From Candidatus Binatia bacterium (lineage in GTDB: Bacteria; Desulfobacterota; Binatia; UBA1149; CAITLU01): a stretch of DNA of 51,367 nucleotides. The notes under the pieces were generated by a model. That model saw only the letters and a list, made by a program, of their open reading frames with translations. It ran no database searches and was not told the DNA's origin. Shown here piece by piece: positions 44,675-51,367 of the stretch (within the stretch, counting starts at the first letter, position 1; every line of letters begins with the position of its first letter). A program made the position numbers and the translations under genes. The stretch is taken from the NCBI GenBank assembly GCA_046260515.1, contig JBHEPB010000041.1:1-51367 (forward strand). The letters are read 5' to 3'.

Positions 44675-47404
44675 CTAGGGCCATTGGCGAGACCGCATCG
44701 GAGATTCGAGCGAAGGGCAAGGATCCGCTCCCATCGGATGAGATAGCTCGAAGAGGCACTCCTCGCTGGCGCCTGTATTGACATACCATCCGGACGCTGG
44801 CGGAAACGTGCACCACGTCGCGTGGCCCAGCTGCATGTCGATCATCGTGACGAAGGTCGCGAAGCTCGAGCCGGCCGAGGGTTCGTCGAACTTCCAGCCA
44901 CTCGTCCAGAATTTCGAGAGCTCGCCCCTGCGGTCGTAGAGATTCGACGCGACGATGCGATACGTCTCCTGGTCGACGTAGAGAAGCCGCTTCGAATACG
45001 CGTAAGCGGCGTCCTTCGGAGTTCCTTCGAGCTCCCAAACCTTGCGAGGCTCCCACGGAGTGTCCGGAAGGTAGTTCCATGGCGGTGCACTCCACTCGGC
45101 CGGAGAGTCATCGGCGTGAAATGGGCTGAGGATCGTTCGCTCGCCGAGAATGCGCCATTCGAAGCTCTCGGCCGGCGCCGCAAACCCTGCGACGCTGTCG
45201 GCATCGATGTCCTGTCCGAGCAGGGGTTCAGATCGCTGCGCCGGCGGCAGTCGCCGGACTCGGCGAAGCTGGGCCAAATACAGCCACGTGTCCATCGGCT
45301 TGTCATCGGCGAGGTAGCGAAACGAAGCCCAACCGTTTCCTCGCTGGTCCATCGGCTCGACGAGCCCGAAGACGACCTCCTTGAAGCGGACCGCGTCGCG
45401 GTTCGGCTCCAGCAATGGCTTCGGCTCCGCCTGCCATCGACCGGCGAATCCGAGCCTGTACATTCCTCTCGACTTGAAGTTACGCTCGACCACGATGCCG
45501 TTCGCGTTCGTTCCGATCGCGGCGGTATCGCATTCCACCTGAGTGATGTGCAGGTCATCCACGGACGCCGCGGCTTCGACGTTCCAGATCAGATGCCTGC
45601 CCGCCTGGGGATGTGTGAGATCGATGGTCGGGATCGGCAGGCCGGCTACGTAGTTCTTCAGCGTCCATCCCTGCTGGTAGACCCGAGCCGAGTAAGTTTC
45701 GGTGGCTTGCGCGAATGCGGCGGGCAGCGAGGCCCTGCGGTATTCCCCGAGCTTCAGCGTCGCACCGCGCTCGAGGATCCACGAGTGCGAAGGACCGAGG
45801 CTCGATGCGACCCTTGCTGCGCTCGATTTGTCGATGATGCGGGAACCGGCCGGGTGCGTCGCGGCATTCGATCGCTTGCCGGTGACGCTCGGTGCTGCCT
45901 TCGGCGCCGCCAGAACGGTTTCGCCTTGCTCGCGTAGCAACTCGAGCACACGCGCGTGTCCGTCAGAGGTGAAAAGCAGGTGGCGGCGAGCCCAGCTCGA
46001 CGGCGATTCGCCGTCTGCTGTAAGAGCGTTTACGTCGGCGCCGGCTTTCAGCAGGAGGTCCGTCGCTTCGACGCTGCCGCCTTCGGCTGCGTAGTGCAGT
46101 GGCGTTGCTCCTTTTGCATCGGTCGCCCTGACGTCTGCCTTGCGTTGCAGGAGCAACTCGATGGCCGGAACGTTCCCGGCTCGGGCCGCAGCGTGAAGCG
46201 GCGTGGCGCCGTCGCGATTGCGCAACGAAACGTCTGCGCCGGCCGCGAGCAGCTGCCGGAGTGACTCCGTTTGTCTAGCGAACGCCTGACGTCGCCATTC
46301 CACGTCCTCGGGACGATGGCTGGTCGAGAAATAGACGGCCGATGCCCGGTTCGTGGCGGAAGCCGCGTGGTGCAGGGCGGTCTCGCCGTCTGTGTCCTGC
46401 CCGCCCACAACCGCGCCCGCGGCGAGCAGCACTTCGACCATCTCCGGCGAGGTCGCGACGACGATCGGCGTGCGTCCCTCTGCGCTCGATACATTCACGT
46501 CGGCGCCGGCCTTGACGAGAAGCCTCGCGATCTCGACCTCGTCGCGTGTCACGGCTTCGAGCAGAGCCGTCTGGCCGTGAGCGCCGCGTGTCAGATGGTC
46601 GAATCTCCGGTTGGGGTCCGCGCCCGCTTCGAGCAGCAGCGTCACTGTTCCGGCCGGGTCTCCGTCGGTTCCCATGATCGCGCGGTGAAGGGCGGAGACG
46701 GCGGGGCCGCGCGGGTCTCCGGCGCTGCGCGGCTCTACGGTGCCTCCCGGCGGCTCGACGGCCGCGCCGTGCTCGAGCAGCACTGCGACGACGTCCGTGC
46801 GCCGCCATTCGGCTGCACTGTACAGCGCCGTCTCGCCGGTCCGGCCAGACTTGTCGATCGAGGCGCCGGCACGGATCAGCTCACGGGCGACCGCCGCATT
46901 CGCCGCGATTCGCAAGGGGAACTCGGAGCCGCCGGTGCACTTGCCGTCAGCATTCGCGCCGCGTCGCAAGAGCTCGACGACGACGTCCGTCTTTCCTGCG
47001 CCGCTGGCCTCCGCGAGCGGCGACATGCCCGACGAACAGGCTTCGACGTCGGCACCCGCGTCAAGGAGCAGCCGCACGATGCGCACGTCGCCGGCGCGCG
47101 CGGCAACGTGCAGGACCGTGCCTCCGTACAGGCCCTCGTAAGAGAACGAGCAGTTCTTCTCTTTGCGGCACCAGTACGAATAGCGCTCGACCTGATCGAC
47201 GTTGGCGGAGTCGACGGCATCGCGCAGCGACATCGTCGGTGGCTCTGGTGCGGCCGCGCACCTGTCGGCGAAGACGAGGCTGAAGAGGGCGAGCGTCCAT
47301 GCCGCCGAGCCGCTGCGGAAACGAAGACGACGGCTCGAACGCACGCCGGAATCTACGACGGCGTCCGAAGTATTGGCAACAGCTTTCTCGACAACGTGTC
47401 GCAC
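44675..47404 (-). CDS. secreted ankyrin-repeat protein fused to a C-terminal DUF1329 (LolA-like) domain
   Basis: The signal-like segment is SAAWTLALFSLVFADRCAAA. About ten ANK repeats follow (for example GATPLHAAARAGNVPAIELLLQRKADV). The C-terminal part has WLYLAQLRRVRRLPPAQRSEPLLGQDIDADSVAGF...FEWRILGERT, typical of DUF1329. The start is GTG 47404 or GTG 47344. Confidence 0.8.
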   Translation of the reverse strand: MRHVVEKAVANTSDAVVDSGVRSSRRLRFRSGSAAWTLALFSLVFADRCAAAPEPPTMSLRDAVDSANVDQVERYSYWCRKEKNCSFSYEGLYGGTVLHVAARAGDVRIVRLLLDAGADVEACSSGMSPLAEASGAGKTDVVVELLRRGANADGKCTGGSEFPLRIAANAAVARELIRAGASIDKSGRTGETALYSAAEWRRTDVVAVLLEHGAAVEPPGGTVEPRSAGDPRGPAVSALHRAIMGTDGDPAGTVTLLLEAGADPNRRFDHLTRGAHGQTALLEAVTRDEVEIARLLVKAGADVNVSSAEGRTPIVVATSPEMVEVLLAAGAVVGGQDTDGETALHHAASATNRASAVYFSTSHRPEDVEWRRQAFARQTESLRQLLAAGADVSLRNRDGATPLHAAARAGNVPAIELLLQRKADVRATDAKGATPLHYAAEGGSVEATDLLLKAGADVNALTADGESPSSWARRHLLFTSDGHARVLELLREQGETVLAAPKAAPSVTGKRSNAATHPAGSRIIDKSSAARVASSLGPSHSWILERGATLKLGEYRRASLPAAFAQATETYSARVYQQGWTLKNYVAGLPIPTIDLTHPQAGRHLIWNVEAAASVDDLHITQVECDTAAIGTNANGIVVERNFKSRGMYRLGFAGRWQAEPKPLLEPNRDAVRFKEVVFGLVEPMDQRGNGWASFRYLADDKPMDTWLYLAQLRRVRRLPPAQRSEPLLGQDIDADSVAGFAAPAESFEWRILGERTILSPFHADDSPAEWSAPPWNYLPDTPWEPRKVWELEGTPKDAAYAYSKRLLYVDQETYRIVASNLYDRRGELSKFWTSGWKFDEPSAGSSFATFVTMIDMQLGHATWCTFPPASGWYVNTGASEECLFELSHPMGADPCPSLESPMRSRQWP

Positions 47405-47408
47405 CGCA

Positions 47409-48245
47409 CTAGTCTTCGTAGACGGGCGTGCGCCCGTCGCGCCGCGCGCGAATGGCCTCGTCGAGGTTCTGCGTCGTCATGCGCACGAGAAGCTGGTTGC
47501 GGTTCTCGAGGTCGATGGCGGCCTTGAGGCTGCCGGCCTCGAGGTTCGACCACAGCACTTCCTTCGTCATCGAGAGGCCGTGCGTGCTGAAGCCGCACAT
47601 CTGGCCCGCGAGCTCGAGCGCGGCCGGCAGCAGCTCCGCGTCCTCAACGACTCGTGAGACCAGTCCGATGCGCTCGGCCTCGGCCGCGTCCACTTCGCGG
47701 CCTGACAGGATGATCTCGTTCGCGCGCGACGCGCCGATCAGGCGCGGCAGCAGGAAGCTGACGCCGCACTCGGTGCCCGTCAGGCCGTTGTTGATGCCGG
47801 CGCCGCGGAAGGTCGCCGAGCGCGCGGCGATGCGGATGTCGGCGCCGAGAGGCAGGCACATTCCGCCGCCATAGGACGGTCCGTTGATGGCGGCGATGAG
47901 CGGCTGGGGAATGGCCCGCATGGCCGGCACCACGTCCGACATGAAGGACATCGCGCGGATGGCGATGCGCGAGATCGGGAGCCCCTCGCTGCCCGGCGGC
48001 ATGCCCACGTCGGTGAGGTCCATGCCCGAGCAGAAGCCGCGCCCGGCGCCGGTCAGGATGGCCACCGAGCAGTCGTTGTCGGCTGCCACCTGCGCGAGCG
48101 CGGCGTAGAGCGACTCGACCAGCGGAAAGGACATGGGGTTCAGGCGCTCGGGGTGGTTGAGGGTGATCACCCGCACGCGAGGCAGGGGGCTGTCGATGGT
48201 GACGTAGGGGGCGCCGTCGCCGCGCTCTTGGATGCGGTGTTTCAT
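47409..48245 (-). CDS. enoyl-CoA hydratase/isomerase (crotonase) family protein
   Basis: ITLNHPERLNPMS, ILTGAGRGFCSGMDL, AAINGPSYGGGMCLPLGADIRIAA. The start is ATG 48245, with an alternative at 48281. Confidence 0.85.
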   Translation of the reverse strand: MKHRIQERGDGAPYVTIDSPLPRVRVITLNHPERLNPMSFPLVESLYAALAQVAADNDCSVAILTGAGRGFCSGMDLTDVGMPPGSEGLPISRIAIRAMSFMSDVVPAMRAIPQPLIAAINGPSYGGGMCLPLGADIRIAARSATFRGAGINNGLTGTECGVSFLLPRLIGASRANEIILSGREVDAAEAERIGLVSRVVEDAELLPAALELAGQMCGFSTHGLSMTKEVLWSNLEAGSLKAAIDLENRNQLLVRMTTQNLDEAIRARRDGRTPVYED

Positions 48246-48435
48246 GCTGGTGCACACACCGTTCGCGCGGGGCTGAGTCAATGAGGAGAGGCCTGCGAAA
48301 GCCCGCCGTCGGGAATCAGCCGGCCTGCGGCGCTTCCAGTGGCAGGGCCCACACGCGCTCGGCCCTTCCGGTTGACTCGCTGGGCGACCGCGATCCAGAT
48401 GCCGCGCATTCCGCCCTCACCCAAGGAGAACGACC

Positions 48436-49050
48436 ATGATCACGTTGTACGGCGTCCCCGGATCCCGCGCCTTCCGCACCATCTGGATGCTCGAGGAACT
48501 CGGCCTTCCCTACGAGAACGTCCCCACCCACTTCGCCAGCGGCGACACGAAGAAGCCCGACTTCCTCGCCCTCAACCCCAACGGCCACATCCCTTGCCTC
48601 GTCGATGACGGCGTCGCCTACTGGGAGTCGATGGCCATCAACCTCCATCTGGCCAGGAAGTACGACAAGGGCCTCCAGCCGAAGACCCCCCAGGACGACA
48701 GCCACGCCGTGCAGTGGAGCTTCTGGGCGATGACCGAGGTGGAGAACCCGCTGATCGACGTGCTGATGCACCGCATGTTCCTGCCGGCCGAGGCCCGCGA
48801 TCCCAAGGCCGCCGAGGCCGGTATCGCCAAGCTCCAGGTTCCCCTCGGCGTGCTCGACCGTCACCTGGCGGGAAGGAAGTACGTGCTCGGCGACCAGTAC
48901 AGCGTGGCCGACGTGAACCTGGCCTCGGTGCTGTCGTGGTCGACGCTGGTGGGAGTGGACCTGGCGCCCTTCCCCGACCTGGCCCGCTGGCTCGGCGAGT
49001 GCTCGGCGCGCCCGGCTGCCCGGACGGCAAGTGCCAAGGCCATGGGCTGA
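48436..49050 (+). CDS. glutathione S-transferase
   Basis: MITLYGVPGSRAFRTIWMLEELGLPYE...LNPNGHIPCLVDDGVAYWESMAI. 204 aa. AAGGAGAA RBS. Confidence 0.85.
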   Translation: MITLYGVPGSRAFRTIWMLEELGLPYENVPTHFASGDTKKPDFLALNPNGHIPCLVDDGVAYWESMAINLHLARKYDKGLQPKTPQDDSHAVQWSFWAMTEVENPLIDVLMHRMFLPAEARDPKAAEAGIAKLQVPLGVLDRHLAGRKYVLGDQYSVADVNLASVLSWSTLVGVDLAPFPDLARWLGECSARPAARTASAKAMG

Positions 49051-49184
49051 GATCGGGGGAAGGAGGCGAAGGGGGGCTCGGCTGCGTTTCGGCCACGGAA
49101 GGGGACGGGAGCGCTGGTCGGAGTCGGGCACGAGCGTTAAAAGGCCGAGGCGGCCGCGACGTGCCGTCCTGGTCGAACGCAACC

Positions 49185-51205
49185 ATGTCCTCCCATTACC
49201 GGTCCGACGTCGATGGCCTGAGGGCCGTCTCGATCCTCCTCGTCGTGATGTTCCACGCGTTCCCGGCGTTGCTGCCGGGCGGCTACCTCGGCGTGGACGT
49301 GTTCTTCGTGATCTCGGGCTTCCTGATCACCGACCTCATGCTGCGCCGCGCCGCGCAAGGCTTCTCCAGTTTGGGCGAGTTCTATGCACGACGCGTGCGA
49401 CGCCTGTTCCCCGCCCTGTTGGCGGTAACGGTGGCTTGCCTCGTCTTCGGTTGGTTTGCGCTTCTTCCCGGGGAGTACGCCCAACTCGGCCGGCACGCGC
49501 TCGCCGCATCCGTGTTCGTGCCGAACGTGGCGTTCTGGTCGGAGGCCGGCTACTGGGATACGGCATCCCGGCTCAAGCCGCTCCTGCACCTGTGGTCCCT
49601 CGGCGTCGAAGAGCAATTCTACCTGGTCTGGCCAGCACTCGTGTTGCTGCTCGGCCGCACGCGATTGCCCTTCCCGGCCTGGGTGCTGCCCGTAGCGGCG
49701 ATCTCGTTCGCCGCGAACTTGTACGCGGCGAACGCTGATCCTGCTGCGGCGTTTTTCCTGCCACAATTCCGGATATGGGAGTTGATGTTGGGCGGCCTGC
49801 TGGCGCACAGAAACTTCAGCCCAGCAGCCCAGCAGCCCAGCAGCCCACCAGCCCAGTCGACGTTCCGGCCTGCCCAGGTGCCGACGTGGACAGGTTGTCG
49901 GACGGGACGCGTTTGCTGGCGAGCGCGCAGTCGGTCGCGGGCTTGGCGATGATCGTCGCGGCCGCTGCACTGTTCGGAGGCGAAACGACGCACTCGGCGC
50001 TGCCGGTGCTGATGCCGGCCCTCGGCGCACTGCTGGTGATCGGTGCAGGCGCTTCAGGTGGGGTCAACCGCGTGCTGCTCGGGAACCCGGCAATGGTGCT
50101 CCTCGGCAAGGTCAGCTACCCGCTCTACCTGTGGCACTGGCCGGCCCTGTCCTTCCTGACGATCGTCGAATCCGGCACCGAACCGTGGACGTGGAGGCTC
50201 GGCGCTGTCGGCGCCAGCTTGGTGCTCGCGTGGCTGACCTGGCGCTTTCTCGAGCTTCCGGTGCGACGCTTGCCGAAGGCACGGGCGGTGGCCCCACTGC
50301 TTGCGCTGTCGATCACGACCGGCGTGGTAGGGGGCCTGGTGCACGTCGAGGGCGGGTTCCCTCATCGCATGCGAGACCTGGATTCGCAGTTCGAGGCGTT
50401 CGAATGGGAATCCATGGGGCTGTTCGAAAGGGACGACTGCTCCGCGAGCCTTGGTGTGCCCGGCCGCTGTCTGAGCAACGGGCGCCCGCACAGCGTAGCC
50501 GTCGTCGGCGACAGCTTCTCGACGAACATGTTCCTCATCTTGCAGGAGCTGCATCGCGACGACGGTGTGGGAGTGATGCGGCTCGGGAGGGCTGGCTGCC
50601 TGCCGTTTTTCGGCGTGGAGAGGTACCTCGGAAGTGCCAGCCAGCAGTGTCGCGACGCGATGAACCGCAACCTGGAACACGTGCTCCAGGACCAGGCCAT
50701 CACGACTGTAGTGCTGTCGCTGAGGGAATCGTTGTACCTCGGCCGTGCCGGCGGCAACCGATTGGAACTCGCCGGAGAGGTCAACCCACGTCCTCCCTTC
50801 GAGGTGTTCCGCAGTGCTCTCGAGCAGACTGTTGCCCGCTACTCCGCCGCCGGCAAGCACGTGATCTACGCGTTCGGTTGGCCGGAGCTGTCCTTCGACC
50901 CGAAGGCCTGCGTCGATGTGCGCCCGCTGCGGCTGCGATCCTACGAGCAGGGGGCCTGCACGATGGACCGCCGCGACGTGGAGGCGCGCAGCGCGGGCTA
51001 CCGCCGGATGGTGCTGGACGTGCTCGCCAGGTTCCCGCGCACCTCGTACTGGGACCCGTATCGCGTTCTCTGCGATGACCTTGCCTGCTACTCGAAGCGG
51101 AACGGAGTGATGCTGTACCGGGACGGCCATCACCTGTCGCTGCCAGGCTGCGAGTACCTGGGGAGCCGCTTTACCCTCGAACCTGTGGCGGGTGACGACC
51201 GATGA
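49185..51205 (+). pseudogene. OafA-type O-acyltransferase (acyltransferase-3 membrane domain plus SGNH domain) split by a frameshift inside an octanucleotide repeat
   Basis: Frame 1 (49185-49952) reads MSSHYRSDVDGLRAVSILLVVMFHAF...HLWSLGVEEQFYLVWP...FRIWELMLGGLLAHRNF. Frame 2 (to 51205) reads ...VLLGKVSYPLYLWHWP...VAVVGDSFS...YRDGHHLS. Removing one 8-nt unit joins the two frames into an ORF of about 670 codons. This was verified by hand codon walking. Confidence 0.8.
49817..49856 (+). repeat. octanucleotide tandem repeat CCAGCAGC (3 perfect units, 1 degenerate unit, partial units at both ends)
   Basis: CAGC-CCAGCAGC-CCAGCAGC-CCAGCAGC-CCACCAGC-CCAG. The perfect units are at 49821-49828, 49829-49836 and 49837-49844. 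Confidence 0.9.
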
Positions 51206-51220
51206 GAGCAGGCAGCGGGC

Positions 51221-51262
51221 AAAAAAAGACCCGGCGTTCCTCTGGCCTTGGAACGCCGGGTC
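51221..51262 (-). terminator. intrinsic terminator for leftward transcription entering from the right window edge
   Basis: 13-bp perfect stem: GACCCGGCGTTCC (51228-51240) pairs with GGAACGCCGGGTC (51250-51262). On the minus strand the hairpin is followed by T7 (A7 at 51221-51227 on the plus strand). Confidence 0.6.
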
Positions 51263-51269
51263 TGGGTTG

Positions 51270-51349
51270 CCCGAAGTCTCGGGGGGGAGGTCAGACTTCG
51301 GGCGGGAACTGTCTCGATGGGGGGGGGGGGGTCAGTCGAGACAGTTCCC
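51270..51349. repeat. two further stacked hairpins with poly-G loops
   Basis: CCCGAAGTCT (51270-51279) pairs with AGACTTCGGG (51293-51302), with a loop containing G7. GGGAACTGTCTCGA (51304-51317) pairs with TCGAGACAGTTCCC (51336-51349), with a loop containing G13 (51319-51331). Confidence 0.7.
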
Positions 51350-51367
51350 GGGACCCTGTAGAGCACG

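Noticed and set aside
44822-45937. 371-aa plus-strand ORF and other ORFs nested in 44.8-47.5 kb
   Set aside because: They are antisense or out of frame relative to the ANK-DUF1329 gene, whose repeats and DUF1329 motifs are clear.
49775-49952. Overlap of the two acyltransferase ORFs considered as two independent overlapping genes
   Set aside because: Neither half is a complete domain architecture on its own. The acyltransferase-3 TM helices continue across the junction. A single 8-nt repeat-unit change restores one ORF.

Overview
This is a 51.4-kb, very GC-rich chromosomal segment from a diderm (Gram-negative) bacterium. The gene content includes Myxococcus-type Cys-rich repeat proteins, a CHASE2 cyclase with a FecR partner, and many SDR, crotonase, amidohydrolase and GST genes. 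That mix is reminiscent of uncultured Deltaproteobacteria/Myxococcota-like lineages, but taxonomy cannot be settled from the sequence alone. I call about 45 protein genes. The high GC fills the ORF track with long antisense or out-of-frame shadow ORFs rich in Arg, Ala, Gly and Pro. I picked real genes by family motifs, signal peptides or lipoboxes, RBS, and start/stop coupling.

Layout:
1. 1-5.2 kb: iron uptake, with a TonB-dependent receptor (partial), a small Cys/His membrane protein and feoAB.
2. 5.3-17.8 kb: housekeeping and metabolic genes. These are a DUF2079 membrane protein with a dockerin-like tail, a MATE pump, SDRs, an MBL hydrolase, a YdeP/FdhF-like molybdoenzyme plus fdhD, MAPEG, thyX and a small channel-like protein.
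3. 17.9-22.0 kb: a visibly AT-richer island. It carries a tightly coupled four-gene operon of unknown function: two membrane-anchored proteins, a TM-less GT51-like transglycosylase and a HEPN/DUF4145-like protein. It also carries an apparently decayed DUF433/DUF5615-like pair and an intact RelE/ParE toxin-antitoxin pair.
4. 22-29.1 kb: hydrolase, methyltransferase, amidohydrolase, DsbD-like reductase, esterase and def.
5. 29.1-39.8 kb: an envelope/secreted block bracketed by copies of a roughly 90-nt palindromic repeat. It holds two tandem secreted Cys-rich proteins that share a dockerin-like C-terminal module, a CHASE2 adenylate/guanylate cyclase, and an operon of FecR, a TPR outer-membrane barrel and a lipoprotein.
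6. 39.9-47.4 kb: an accessory block. It holds an AAA/DUF4143 ATPase, MazEF, a class-II-like Fic, a diverged pseudogene copy of the 3' part of the neighbouring enoyl-CoA hydratase gene, a double-HTH XRE regulator and an ankyrin-DUF1329 fusion.
7. 47.4-51.4 kb: enoyl-CoA hydratase, GST, and an OafA-type acyltransferase split by a frameshift inside an 8-nt tandem repeat. Stacked hairpins with poly-G loops follow.

I recognised no rRNA, tRNA, CRISPR array, integrase or transposase. All family assignments come from motif recognition by eye and need HMM or BLAST confirmation.
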